Source: a virus (lineage: Duplodnaviria > Caudoviricetes). From it: a stretch of DNA of 64,000 nt. The notes under the pieces were generated by a model. It had not been told where the DNA came from. It did not search any database and saw only the letters and a program-made list of their open reading frames with translations. The stretch lies in the IMG/VR virus record IMGVR_UViG_3300035208_001807, positions 32,001-96,000 of that record. One strand, 5' to 3'. The position numbers and the translations under genes are program-made. Shown one piece after another: positions 12,632 through 22,522 of the stretch. Every line of letters begins with the position of its first letter. The stretch's first letter is position 1.

Positions 12632-12994
12632 TAACTCTTGTAGGGAAGCTTGCAGCCTGATTAACTGCTCGTAGGGCGGATGTCACTCCAAGGGCGTCCG
12701 CCCAATTCCCTTCTAGTAAAGGTGAGTATGGAAATCCATAAAGTTGCCATTCGACCTAACGGTATTGTTGAATTCATCTACTCAGATGGATTACGCAAGG
12801 TACTGTCAGAGGGTAGGAGTGAGATCTTTAGGGCTTCCCATGTTGAACCTGATGAGAAGTCGCTGTGGTGGGCTGATATGAGCCCAGTAAAAGGGCCTAA
12901 GTTAGGGCCTTATAACACGAGAACCGATGCCCTAGAGGCTGAGGTTAAGTGGCTGGAAGTTAATTATCTCTAGCCAGTCTAGAAGGGGTGCGAA

Positions 12995-13267
12995 ATGGCT
13001 GACGAGCTGAGCATTACGGGGCGGGGCCCAGACTATATCGAGTTTGGGTGGCGGTCGATCCGGTTCAGGATCAAGGGGACATGGGAAGGCGGGCGTTTTC
13101 GTATGAAGCCCGGCAAGATCTGGTCTGCCGAGACTCGCAATAGCCTTCGTTATACCGATATCCCAGGCGCCAATCTGTTGTTCCATGAAGCGTACAAGCG
13201 TACATACGATCTCATCGGTCCCAAGAAGAAAAAGAATGAGGACCAGCTGTCACTATTCGGGGGTTAG
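12995..13267 (+). CDS. Hypothetical protein with C-terminal QLSLF clamp-binding motif
   Basis: Ends EDQLSLFGG. Confidence 0.6.
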   Translation: MADELSITGRGPDYIEFGWRSIRFRIKGTWEGGRFRMKPGKIWSAETRNSLRYTDIPGANLLFHEAYKRTYDLIGPKKKKNEDQLSLFGG

Positions 13268-13423
13268 TCGTGGTCGAAGCTAGTGGACATCTTTCCAACA
13301 TTGATGCTGAGAAGTACCAGCAAGAGGCTCATGAAAGAGCCATTGCTGCACTGCTCGATTCACCTGTAGATTTCTTGGCTTTGATGTCAGAGAAGTCTAC
13401 ACAATTTACGGGGGAGGACGAGA

Positions 13424-14638
13424 ATGCGGACTAAGGACTTTAAGGCGTTGTGCAGTGTTTTTGAGGTTCCGGGCCAGTATCGTAACTACTGCCGGGAACA
13501 GAGGAGTAATCCTCTGGCTTTCTCCAAGTCATATGAGGATGTCATCGACTTGGTGAACTATAGTTCCAAGAAGGCGTTGATGCTCTGGCTCATGAATGCG
13601 GCCAGGGTCTTGGAACAGCATGGCCAAGATGCCCTGCGTCATTCCTTCACTGTCAAGGCTGCCAGGAAGTTGGGTCTTCCTGAGGATCACGAGACTGTGG
13701 GAGTCGAAGCGAAGCATAAGTTCCTGAGTTTCATGCGCCATTATGACTCAGTGGTCACACAGCGCAAGTTGCCTGTGACTTGCTTGGTCTACAGCATGCG
13801 TCCCTGGAACAAGCCCGTGACCGAAGCCATCATGGCTTTGCATGCAGGCAAACAGGAGCCCGCAGAGTTCTTCCTTCACACTCTTGTGGAGGAGAAGTTC
13901 TGGCTCGAAGACGATAAGGGCAAGGCCTCTTCGTTCCTATACGAGACCGATTCCATCGAGAGCCGCGATGCGGCTGTCAAGAACTTGTCCATGATCTCGG
14001 ATGTTACCGAGAAAGCAGCTCAGTTACTGGAGCTCGGACTCCCTAAGGAAGAGACTCTCGACTTCCTGGAGAACATGGAATTCCGTCAGATGCCCAAGTT
14101 GCCTGAGTTCATTGGGCTCTCGCCGTTCTTCTTGAAGGAACGGGTTCAGCCAGCACCTCTGGTGCCTTCCAAGGCGAAGTTCCCGAAGACAACCATTGCC
14201 GATCCTCTGGAGCGTGAGGCATTCGAACGCTCTCTGGGAAAGGTTGAGTGGGTTGGTGGGGAGCATTGCGAATTCGGAATGCTGCTCGATGTCGAAGGCC
14301 GTATGATCGCCCAGAAGTTCTGGGACGACGAGCTTCGTGATCCTTCCAAGGACGAGTTGGATGTGGTTAATGACCTCAGCCATTCGCCTCGGCAGGAGCG
14401 GGTTGAGGAACGCTCGATGGAGCGTGCTCACAACAAGCGTTCGAAGCAGACCGCAGACCAACAGGCTCGTAAGACTGAGCGTCTGGTTCTTTCCAAGACA
14501 GACCCGGCGGCCTATGCTGCCCTGTGCAAGACCATCTACGCTTCGCTGAAGGAAAAGGCGAAGGAGTTAGCTGTGAAGGGCATTTGCGTGGACGTGAACT
14601 TCCTTGCTCGCAAGGAAGGGATAGTCCCTCCGCATTAG
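13424..14638 (+). CDS. Hypothetical protein (404 aa)
   Basis: Long ORF with GGAGG RBS. Confidence 0.7.
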   Translation: MRTKDFKALCSVFEVPGQYRNYCREQRSNPLAFSKSYEDVIDLVNYSSKKALMLWLMNAARVLEQHGQDALRHSFTVKAARKLGLPEDHETVGVEAKHKFLSFMRHYDSVVTQRKLPVTCLVYSMRPWNKPVTEAIMALHAGKQEPAEFFLHTLVEEKFWLEDDKGKASSFLYETDSIESRDAAVKNLSMISDVTEKAAQLLELGLPKEETLDFLENMEFRQMPKLPEFIGLSPFFLKERVQPAPLVPSKAKFPKTTIADPLEREAFERSLGKVEWVGGEHCEFGMLLDVEGRMIAQKFWDDELRDPSKDELDVVNDLSHSPRQERVEERSMERAHNKRSKQTADQQARKTERLVLSKTDPAAYAALCKTIYASLKEKAKELAVKGICVDVNFLARKEGIVPPH

Positions 14639-14671
14639 TTGAGGCACCGACGGGTAACCCGTCGAAGAGAA

Positions 14672-14744
14672 CGCGCGTTAGAGTAGCGGTTACTCAGCAG
14701 GCTCATACCCTGCGCAGCCGGTTCAACTCCGGAACGCGCAACCA
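14672..14744 (+). tRNA. tRNA-fMet-like (CAT)
   Basis: Cloverleaf, C1:A72 mismatch, GCAGG-CT-CAT-AC-CCTGC, ends ACCA. Confidence 0.75.
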
Positions 14745-14752
14745 ACATTTGT

Positions 14753-14783
14753 GGAGGTGGTTCGAATCTACCCCCTGCAACCA
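14753..14783 (+). pseudogene. Orphan 3' half of a second fMet-type tRNA
   Basis: GGTGG-TTCGAAT-CTACC then CCCTGCA-ACCA; no matching 5' half seen. Confidence 0.55.
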
Positions 14784-14800
14784 ATTTTAGGAGCTAGAAC

Positions 14801-15598
14801 TTGGAATACCGTAATACAACTCCATATAATGTCGAAGACCCGAAGCAGTTCATCGATATGCTTCGGACTCAGCTTGAGAGTTATCTCACTGAGTATAAGT
14901 TGGAGTCTTGTGTTCTTGGTGTTAGTGGCGGGCTTGATTCTGCCCTTGTGGCTGCAATAGCAGCTCCTATCTGTAAGAAGTTGCATGTTCAGTTCATCTG
15001 CGCCTCTCTTCCTTCTGCTACTAACAAGCCTGATGAAGTTGATCGGGCGAGTCGCACCCTTGCCTTTGGTAGTTCTGCCATCATCCGTCTCATTGACGAA
15101 GACCTTGTTTCGATTCCCTACATCTCTGCTCATCCTGATAAGCAGGAGAAGATCCGCCTTGGTAATGTCAAGGCTCGTGTCCGCATGATCCTTCTTTATG
15201 ATCTAGCTGGTCATTATAAGGGGATTGTTCTTGGTACAGATAACTGGACCGAGAAGCAGCTTGGCTTCTGGACACTTCATGGCGATGTGGGTGACTTCAA
15301 TCTTATTCAGAATGTCACTAAGTCTGATGTCTATATCCTAGCTCAATGGCTTGCTGACCATGAGTTAACTGATGGTCTTAAGCAGGTCATGCTAGATACC
15401 ATCGCAGCTACTCCGACAGATGGACTAGGAATCACTAGTTCAGATCTTGAACAGATCGGTGCCTCTTCCTATCAGGAAGTGGATCGAATTCTATTGGGTT
15501 TCTTTCAGGGGCAGTGTGCAGACCCTGGTCACCCAGTGATTCAACGCCATGAGCGCACGCATTTCAAGCGGGCGAATCCTAAGAATGTGGGAGACTAA
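14801..15598 (+). CDS. nadE: NH3-dependent NAD+ synthetase
   Basis: GVSGGLDS, GNVKARVRM, GTDN..E, GFWTLHGD and PTDGL motifs; TTG start with AGGAG RBS. Confidence 0.92.
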   Translation: MEYRNTTPYNVEDPKQFIDMLRTQLESYLTEYKLESCVLGVSGGLDSALVAAIAAPICKKLHVQFICASLPSATNKPDEVDRASRTLAFGSSAIIRLIDEDLVSIPYISAHPDKQEKIRLGNVKARVRMILLYDLAGHYKGIVLGTDNWTEKQLGFWTLHGDVGDFNLIQNVTKSDVYILAQWLADHELTDGLKQVMLDTIAATPTDGLGITSSDLEQIGASSYQEVDRILLGFFQGQCADPGHPVIQRHERTHFKRANPKNVGD

Positions 15599-15599
15599 C

Positions 15600-16220
15600 A
15601 TGATCGTCAGTATGGATGTCGATGCTCAGCGTGGTTTTACTCCACTTTGTCCTAATGAGCTGCCCGTGGCAGATGGGGACAAGATTGTGGATGCCCTGAA
15701 CGCTCAGGCAAAGCTTGCCCAGGCACGAGTTGGTTCCAAGGATGCACATCCTCAGGATGCTCGTTGGACCAGAGAGACCCCCTTTACTCCTGTGAAGGAT
15801 TCGGCCAATGTTGATCTCTGCTGGCCTCGCCATTGCGTAGTGGGAACTGAGGGCAATAAGCTTCTGCCTGGCCTTCCCAATGTCATTGACTATGATTTCT
15901 TCGTCTTCAAGGGCTGCGAGCCTGACCTCCATCCCTATGGGGCTTGTTATCATGACCTGAAGGATACTCTCTCTACGGGTCTGATCGAGTACCTTAAAGG
16001 TATCGGGACCAAGACTGTCATTGTTGGTGGTCTAGCTACCGATTACTGCGTGAAGACAACTGCTCTTCAGCTTAAGCGAGCCAAGTTCGATGTTATCTTG
16101 AACTTGGAGGCTTGCCGCGGTGTTGCCCCTGAATCTTCTGATAAGGCTATCGAAGAGATGATAACAGCCGGGATCAAGGTTGTTGCCAAGACTAGTGATA
16201 TCAAGGAACTGCTCAAATGA
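15600..16220 (+). CDS. pncA: Nicotinamidase
   Basis: DVDAQRGF, DAHP, WPRHCV.GT and GLATDYCV motifs. Confidence 0.9.
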   Translation: MIVSMDVDAQRGFTPLCPNELPVADGDKIVDALNAQAKLAQARVGSKDAHPQDARWTRETPFTPVKDSANVDLCWPRHCVVGTEGNKLLPGLPNVIDYDFFVFKGCEPDLHPYGACYHDLKDTLSTGLIEYLKGIGTKTVIVGGLATDYCVKTTALQLKRAKFDVILNLEACRGVAPESSDKAIEEMITAGIKVVAKTSDIKELLK

Positions 16221-17380
16221 TCAAGTCTCTTCTCGATAACGACCTTTATAAACTCACCATGATGCAGGCTGTGTGGGCGAAGTTCCACAAGGCTCAGGCC
16301 GTGTATGAGTTTAAGTGCCGGACCAAGGGTGTGGTCTGGACTAAGGAGCAGTTCGAGAAGCTTGGCGAGAACTTTGCCTGCTTGCAGGGCCTTAAGGCTA
16401 CAACGGCAGAGCTGGACTACTTGTATGAAACCGGCCTTTTCAAGGACGAGTTCATCGTTTTCTTGCATGGCTTCGAGCTGGGTATCGAAAGCCTCGGGCT
16501 TGGATGGGATGAGAAGACAGGCGAGCTGGACTTGTCTATCTGTGGTTCTTGGCTGGACACCATCCTTCTTGAGGTTCCAGTCCTTGCCATCATCAACCAG
16601 ACCTATTTCCAGACTAAGAATAACACCGAGGGCATTTCTCGCATGAATGCCAAGATCGAAATGCTTGAGAAGTTGAGTGATCCTACCTTCAAGTTTGTGG
16701 ACTTTGGTACCCGGCGCCGCTACTCTCGTGAGTGGCAGGAGCGTATCGTCAAGGCCTTGAAACAATTCGCTCCCACCAACTTTGTTGGTACCTCGAATGT
16801 CAAGCTTGCCATGGATCACAATCTTCCTTGTGTGGGGACCATGGCTCATGAATGGATCATGGCCGGGCAAGGGATGTGCTGTGCACCCCGTCTAGCTCAG
16901 CGTGTCATGCTGGACAAGTGGGCTGAGGTTTATAAGGGCAAGCTGGGCATCGCCCTTAGCGATACTCTTGGAACCATCAACTTCCTTAAGGATTTTGATG
17001 GCCGGCTGGCCAGGATGTATGATGGAATGCGCCAGGATAGTGGGGACCCTTATAAGTGGCTTGAATGGGTCCTTTTCCACTATAATACTCTTGGCATTGA
17101 TGCCAAGACCAAGCGAGCTGTCTTCAGTGACAATCTGTCAATTGGTACCGCGCATAATATCCATCAGGCTGTTGCTGGACGTATCCAGGACTCCTATGGA
17201 ATCGGGACCAACCTCACTAATGACTGCGGGCCTGAACCGCTCAATATCGTCATCAAAATGACGGAGTGTAACAATCACCCAGTGGTTAAGTTTAGTGATG
17301 TTCCTACTAAGGCCATGGGGGATGACTTTCAGCAGCAGTTGATGCGCAAAGAGTACGAATATCAAACTACGCTTGTCTAA
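16217..17380 (+). CDS. pncB: Nicotinate phosphoribosyltransferase
   Basis: LLDNDLYKLTM, DFGTRRR, GTSNV, GTMAHE, RQDSGDP and GIGTNL motifs. Confidence 0.95.
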   Translation: MIKSLLDNDLYKLTMMQAVWAKFHKAQAVYEFKCRTKGVVWTKEQFEKLGENFACLQGLKATTAELDYLYETGLFKDEFIVFLHGFELGIESLGLGWDEKTGELDLSICGSWLDTILLEVPVLAIINQTYFQTKNNTEGISRMNAKIEMLEKLSDPTFKFVDFGTRRRYSREWQERIVKALKQFAPTNFVGTSNVKLAMDHNLPCVGTMAHEWIMAGQGMCCAPRLAQRVMLDKWAEVYKGKLGIALSDTLGTINFLKDFDGRLARMYDGMRQDSGDPYKWLEWVLFHYNTLGIDAKTKRAVFSDNLSIGTAHNIHQAVAGRIQDSYGIGTNLTNDCGPEPLNIVIKMTECNNHPVVKFSDVPTKAMGDDFQQQLMRKEYEYQTTLV

Positions 17381-17800
17381 TTCGAAGGCGTATTGTGGAT
17401 TTTTATCCTTTGAAGGCCGCCGCCCTTGGAATTACGGCATTTTAACCGCAGAAGAATGATGTTGAAGAGCAGTATCTTTATTAGCATGATTTCTCAGGAG
17501 TTGTAGATGGCTATCGCTCCAGATCTCCCTAGGAGTTGTAAGTGCTCGTGCGGGAAATGTCTCACTGGAGATCATTGTAATATACTTGACAATGATTGTC
17601 AGGGAGCAGATGAGCAGGAGTTGTGGGAAGACGAGATAAGGGCAGCTGCAGGGTTGTTTGACTCGAATAGTATGTTCCCAGAAACGTTGGGACCAGCAGT
17701 AGATGAAGAGCAGGGTGAAGATACCCAAGAGTAGTTGAGAGCGTAGAACCCACTCGCGAACCGGGTGAGGCCTACACATTTTTGTTCTGGAGGCTGTACA

Positions 17801-18151
17801 ATGAAGTTCAGCGGAAATCTGCGACTCGCATCAGTTGGCGAGCTGCGTCGTACGACGGTCAAGTCGACCCCTGTGGTCGAGTGCCGGTTCGCCGAGAATT
17901 CCTCTCGTTTGGTTGGAGATCAGAAGGTGGAGAAACATGAGTTCTTCACCGTCCAGGTCTACGGCAAGCGCGCGGAAAGCCTGGTGGCCAAGGGCCAGAA
18001 GGGTGCCATGTATGCCATCGAAGGCTACGTCCATCCCGAGTCCTGGGTCGAGAAGGGTACGGACAAGAAGCGCTCCACTGTGAAGTTGGTGGCGCAGTCC
18101 GTGCAGTTCTTGGCGCCGTCTAAGAAGTCCCTGACCGAGGCGAAAGCCTAG
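17801..18151 (+). CDS. Second SSB-like OB-fold protein lacking an acidic tail
   Basis: GNLR...ELR, FFTVQVYGKRAE and KG..YAIEG patterns. Confidence 0.7.
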   Translation: MKFSGNLRLASVGELRRTTVKSTPVVECRFAENSSRLVGDQKVEKHEFFTVQVYGKRAESLVAKGQKGAMYAIEGYVHPESWVEKGTDKKRSTVKLVAQSVQFLAPSKKSLTEAKA

Positions 18152-18212
18152 TTCAGTCGCCCTGTGGGCAAAAAGGGGCCTGGTGTGCGTAGCACGCTGG
18201 GTCCCTTTTTTT
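18149..18212 (+). repeat. Direct repeat copy 1, containing a terminator hairpin
   Basis: TAGTTC..GCCCT.TGGGCAAAA..GGGGCCTGG..TAGCACGCTGGGTCCCTTTTT, repeated at 20401. Confidence 0.8.
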
Positions 18213-18259
18213 GATGCCTGTCTTGGTAGTGGCTAGACCACATCTTTGAGGAGTCTCAA

Positions 18260-19309
18260 ATGAAGCAGACTGTCAAGATTTACATGCTGAACCCGCGGGC
18301 TATCTGCAGCCGGGTTATGAATAACCGCAATGAGGAAGATGCTTTTACCCGTGCATGCACAGGTGTCAAGCGGTCCACTCTCTTTGAGGCCATCAAGCGT
18401 GATGGCGAGATCAAGAAGCCTCTGACTGTTTTCAGACCTGCTGTGGCCTGCCCAAAAGGACCCTTCAAGGGGCAGTTGGCCGGCAAGATCGTCCTTATTG
18501 ATGGCCATAACCGCCTAGCTATTGCGCAGGAGCTAGGACTAGAGGAAGTCCCCGTACGGGATTACGGGAACTCGATCTCTTGGGACGATGCCCATGCGAA
18601 GGCTACTGTCCTTAACATGGTGGACGATCCCCTGCACAAGAAGTTGTCCGATACCGACTTTATCGAGGCTGTCCGTAAGTATGCCTCGATTCAGGTGGTT
18701 CCTAACCCCAGCCTTATTTCACAACGGCTAGCCGACGAGCAAGCTCAAGAAGAGGGGTTCGTTGGTGATAAGGTCAGGATCGCTGAGGTCAAGAACTCCT
18801 ACTTCACTAAGGTGAAGCAAGCGTGTGCTATCGCCGATAGCAAGGAGGCCGAGAGTCTCCTGCGTGGGCATAACATGAGCTTTAGCACAGCTGTGAAGGC
18901 AGCGATGTTTCTTCCCCGGATCGATGACCCGGCTGCTCGCGCTACTGTAGTTCGAGAGGTTCAGCGAGCCGCCAAGCGGGATGGCAAGCGGCAGATCGAG
19001 CGGAGCGTCTGGGAAAGTTTCGAGCAGCGCGTCTTGGATGCTAAAGGTGTGACTCCTAAGGCTATCTCCAGGATCGTCAAAGCCACGTTACTTGGTCCTC
19101 GTCGGCGCCTACATGGTCAGGAGTTGCGAGATATACGCAATTCTTCTCCGACTGGCAACAAGATCGTTCTGGAGCAGATTGTCTGGGTTGACAAGCCCTA
19201 CAACCAGCACGAGGAAGAGAAGTTCATTGGGCAGGTGCACTGGGCTTTTCGTTGCCAGCGTGCTGGTCGAATGCTTTCGAGATCAACGAGTTCTAAGATG
19301 GGCTCATAG
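18260..19309 (+). CDS. ParB/Srx N-terminal domain protein
   Basis: IKRDG.IKKPLTV and LIDGHNRLAIAQELGLEEVPV motifs. Confidence 0.75.
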   Translation: MKQTVKIYMLNPRAICSRVMNNRNEEDAFTRACTGVKRSTLFEAIKRDGEIKKPLTVFRPAVACPKGPFKGQLAGKIVLIDGHNRLAIAQELGLEEVPVRDYGNSISWDDAHAKATVLNMVDDPLHKKLSDTDFIEAVRKYASIQVVPNPSLISQRLADEQAQEEGFVGDKVRIAEVKNSYFTKVKQACAIADSKEAESLLRGHNMSFSTAVKAAMFLPRIDDPAARATVVREVQRAAKRDGKRQIERSVWESFEQRVLDAKGVTPKAISRIVKATLLGPRRRLHGQELRDIRNSSPTGNKIVLEQIVWVDKPYNQHEEEKFIGQVHWAFRCQRAGRMLSRSTSSKMGS

Positions 19310-19317
19310 GAGCACCT

Positions 19318-20244
19318 ATGCGTAGTCCTTCCTTTCCTATCCTTGAGCAATATCGCGCGTTCTCTTCCACGCAGCAGATCAAATTGGTTGACCGGATCGT
19401 TCAATATGACCTTCAGGGTATCCTCGGGAACCCACTGATTTATGATAGCTTGGGTACTACTAATAGGCCTATCGCGAGTTATGTCCAAGAGGTCATTAGT
19501 AGGTTGCCGCGCGAAGATCGCGCCCTCGCTTTGCAGATCGACCCTTTTGACCACTTGCCAAAGGATGCTTTTCCTGATCCTAGGGAAGTCGAGAACCACT
19601 CTAACCAGAAGAAGCAGGATCTCTATCGCTTGCCGGTGTGGGCCAAGGTTTCCAAGTACTTTGGTGGTCTCTCTGATGTGGCAATGATTTCATTGTCAGG
19701 CCCCAATATTTGTATCTGCGACAGCGATGAAGACATCCGTTTGCGACCCTTGGCAGAGTACCCCAGTTGGACTGCAGCGGGAGGTGGAGCCTACATTGGT
19801 ATCACCAATAACGCCTTAGAGCACAGCCTAAATCTTCTGGGTTTCGAGCACTCCTTACTCCCGCGTCCTATCTTTGGAGATTGGGAGACTGTGATCTCTG
19901 ATGCGTTCCTGGAGGTCATTGTTGCCGAACCTCGTGCCCTGTTTATCCACTTTGATGCTACATGTAGGATAGACAGCTTTCTTGACTCAGAGGTACTTTC
20001 TTCCACTGGGAAGTTCCTGCGCAGCGAAAGGCTGCCCTGGGTTATGGTTGTGAATACCAGCAACGCAGGCAACGAGAAGTCGACGGGGAGATACGTGCAC
20101 ACCGTCCTTTCTTCCGCAGAGGGTAAGCTTCGGTTGAAAAGGGCTGGTTTCAAGTTACTCGATCGTAGTCCAGAGCAGTTGATTACCAGCAAGACGAAGA
20201 AAATGCCTATGGCAGCAGCACTATTAGGATCTGTCGCTGCCTAG
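19318..20244 (+). CDS. Hypothetical protein
   Basis: AGGAG RBS; 308-aa ORF. Confidence 0.65.
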   Translation: MRSPSFPILEQYRAFSSTQQIKLVDRIVQYDLQGILGNPLIYDSLGTTNRPIASYVQEVISRLPREDRALALQIDPFDHLPKDAFPDPREVENHSNQKKQDLYRLPVWAKVSKYFGGLSDVAMISLSGPNICICDSDEDIRLRPLAEYPSWTAAGGGAYIGITNNALEHSLNLLGFEHSLLPRPIFGDWETVISDAFLEVIVAEPRALFIHFDATCRIDSFLDSEVLSSTGKFLRSERLPWVMVVNTSNAGNEKSTGRYVHTVLSSAEGKLRLKRAGFKLLDRSPEQLITSKTKKMPMAAALLGSVAA

Positions 20245-20259
20245 AGAAAGGGGTATATC

Positions 20260-20403
20260 ATGGCGATGACATCAAAGGAACGTTCGGCCGCCGCACGCAA
20301 AGCGATTGCGACGATGCGGCGCGAGCATGGCGCAAACTACTTCTCGCGCCTGAGTAAGAAAGCTGCTCAGACACGTGTGGCGAATGAGCGCAAGTCAAGG
20401 TAG
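20260..20403 (+). CDS. Small basic protein (47 aa)
   Basis: MAMTSKERSAAARKAIATMRREHGANYFSRLSKKAA...; AGGGG RBS; not in ORF track. Confidence 0.55.
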   Translation: MAMTSKERSAAARKAIATMRREHGANYFSRLSKKAAQTRVANERKSR

Positions 20404-20459
20404 TTCGAGCCCTATGGGCAAAAGGGGCCTGGCGTGGATAGCACGCTGGGTCCCTTTTT
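20401..20459 (+). repeat. Direct repeat copy 2, containing a terminator hairpin
   Basis: Near-identical to 18149-18212. Confidence 0.8.
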
Positions 20460-20483
20460 GACCTGATAAATAAGGAGTTAGTT

Positions 20484-21503
20484 ATGCCACTTGCTTCCAT
20501 TCAGAAGGTTCTTTCTCTTACCCCTATCCCTGGTGCCGATGCCATTGAGTGCGCTCATGTACTCGGCTGGGATTGTGTAGTTAAGAAGGGCGAGTTCAAA
20601 GTTGGGGACCTTGGTGTCTATATCGAGATCGATTCTATCGTTCCTGATGTCCCCCAGTTTGAGTTCCTTCGGAGCAAGCATTTCCGTGTGAAGACGATCC
20701 GTCTTCGTGGCCAGCTTTCGCAGGGCCTTTTCATGCCTCGGGCAGAAACGGCCCAGAGCCTTCCTGAGGGTTTCGACGTTACCGATCTTCTCATGGTTAA
20801 GAAGTATGAGAAGGAAATCCCTGCTGAACTGCGTGGCACTGTCAAGGGTACTCGCCCCAGCTTCATCCCTAAGACGGATGAGGAGCGCATCCAGTCTTGT
20901 AAGCATGTTCTGGATGAGATTCGCGACTTGCCTGTTTACATCACCACCAAGTGCGACGGTTCTTCCATGACCGCCTACTACAAACTGGGCGAGCCCATGT
21001 CTGAGGGCGAGTTTGGTGTTTGCTCTCGGAATATGGAGCTGAAGGAAGATGAGAACAACGCCTTCTGGAAGGTAGCCAAGGCTCTGAATCTTCCTGAGAA
21101 GATGAAGGCTTTTGGCAAGAGTATCGCCATTCAGGGCGAACTCTGTGGCCCCGGCATCCAGAAGAACCCTATGGGTTTGAGCGAACCTACTCTTTATGGG
21201 TTCAATGTGGTCTATCTGGATGGTAGTGGCTATGCTGACTTCAGTCAGATGGCTCAGATCTTTGATGAGTTGGGTGTGACTCCGGCGCCCCTGCTGACTT
21301 CGAATGTCAAGCTGAGTGACTACCTCCATAGTGAGCCAACTACTGAGAATGTAGTTGCTGCTGCTGATGGCAAGTATGCCAATGGCTCTCCACGAGAGGG
21401 TATTGTGATCCGGCCAATGAACGAGACTTACAGTCCTACGCTTAAGGGGCGTATGTCCTTCAAGGCTGTCAGCAATGTCTACCTAGAAAAGGTTGAGAAG
21501 TAA
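20484..21503 (+). CDS. ATP-dependent RNA ligase, DRB0094-like
   Basis: PIPGADAIE N-domain, KTDEER, KCDGSS (KxDG), QGELCGPGIQKN, REGIV and FKAVSN motifs. Confidence 0.9.
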   Translation: MPLASIQKVLSLTPIPGADAIECAHVLGWDCVVKKGEFKVGDLGVYIEIDSIVPDVPQFEFLRSKHFRVKTIRLRGQLSQGLFMPRAETAQSLPEGFDVTDLLMVKKYEKEIPAELRGTVKGTRPSFIPKTDEERIQSCKHVLDEIRDLPVYITTKCDGSSMTAYYKLGEPMSEGEFGVCSRNMELKEDENNAFWKVAKALNLPEKMKAFGKSIAIQGELCGPGIQKNPMGLSEPTLYGFNVVYLDGSGYADFSQMAQIFDELGVTPAPLLTSNVKLSDYLHSEPTTENVVAAADGKYANGSPREGIVIRPMNETYSPTLKGRMSFKAVSNVYLEKVEK

Positions 21504-21513
21504 GGACTAGGCA

Positions 21514-21930
21514 ATGTCATTTACTGAACTTGATCCTAAGCTTATACCCAAAGACATCAATGGGCGCCTTATTGAGCCTGGGTATAAGGTAGTAAATAGG
21601 CGCTCAAGCTATTGCTCAGGCTACATAGGTGGCTATCTTCTGAAGAGAGGGAGAAGCAGAGAAACCTATGGCTGGTGGTATGTATCTCTTGATGATGTCG
21701 AAGCTGGTGTTCAACATCGTTTTCCTGGTTGGGACGATTATAGTGAGCTCTTCTATCTGGACACTAGTGTTCAGATTGTGGTTCCTGTACTCTCAAGTGC
21801 AGAAGTTGCACGGGTTGAGGATCTTAACGAAGGATTCAATATTTATGTGGGTCCTCAAGTTTGGTTGCCGAAACCAGTTCCGCCGCCTATTCGTCGCCCA
21901 AGAGCAACCCTGAATGAACTAGTTGATTAG
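21514..21930 (+). CDS. Hypothetical protein with LxxLVD C-terminus
   Basis: Ends RPRATLNELVD. Confidence 0.65.
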   Translation: MSFTELDPKLIPKDINGRLIEPGYKVVNRRSSYCSGYIGGYLLKRGRSRETYGWWYVSLDDVEAGVQHRFPGWDDYSELFYLDTSVQIVVPVLSSAEVARVEDLNEGFNIYVGPQVWLPKPVPPPIRRPRATLNELVD

Positions 21931-21937
21931 GAGTAGT

Positions 21938-22522
21938 ATGGAAACGTTCTTCACTGCGGATACTCATTTCTTCCATGAGATGTTGATCACTGGACGCGGT
22001 GGCGAGGGTTCGCCGCGGCCTATGTTCAAGACAGTTGAGGAGATGAACGAGACCATCGTTGCTGGTTGGAACTCTGTTGTTACCAAGCAGGATAGAATCT
22101 TCCACCTTGGAGACTTTGCTCTTGGTATGGCTTCCATTGCTGAGATGCAGGGCATATTCGATCGTCTGAATGGCCAGAAAATACTTATCCCTGGCAATCA
22201 TGACATGAAGAACAACAAGGTGATCAAGCATCTTCGTTGGTCTGAGATCTATGAGTGTCGTCTTCTGAAAGTTGGCGGCCGCCACATTTGGCTCTCTCAT
22301 TATCCCCATCTCTCCTGGCCAGGTTCTTGTCACGGCTCTTGGCATCTTCATGGTCATTCGCATGGGAACATCACAGGTCGTGGACATATCTTGGATGTTG
22401 GTGTAGACTGTAACAAGTTCACACCTATAGCTTTTCCCGAGGTTGCTGTTGCGATGGCTACCCGAGGTGAGAATCCCGATCAGGTTCCTGGTCGTACATT
22501 ATCTGCGGAGGATGAGCTTTGA
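21938..22522 (+). CDS. Metallophosphoesterase
   Basis: ADTHFFH, HLGDF, GNHD, HYP and HGHSHG motifs. Confidence 0.88.
   Translation: METFFTADTHFFHEMLITGRGGEGSPRPMFKTVEEMNETIVAGWNSVVTKQDRIFHLGDFALGMASIAEMQGIFDRLNGQKILIPGNHDMKNNKVIKHLRWSEIYECRLLKVGGRHIWLSHYPHLSWPGSCHGSWHLHGHSHGNITGRGHILDVGVDCNKFTPIAFPEVAVAMATRGENPDQVPGRTLSAEDEL

Noticed and set aside
17381-17506. NAD-related riboswitch or NrtR operator after pncB
   Set aside because: No recognisable consensus or convincing palindrome could be supported by eye.
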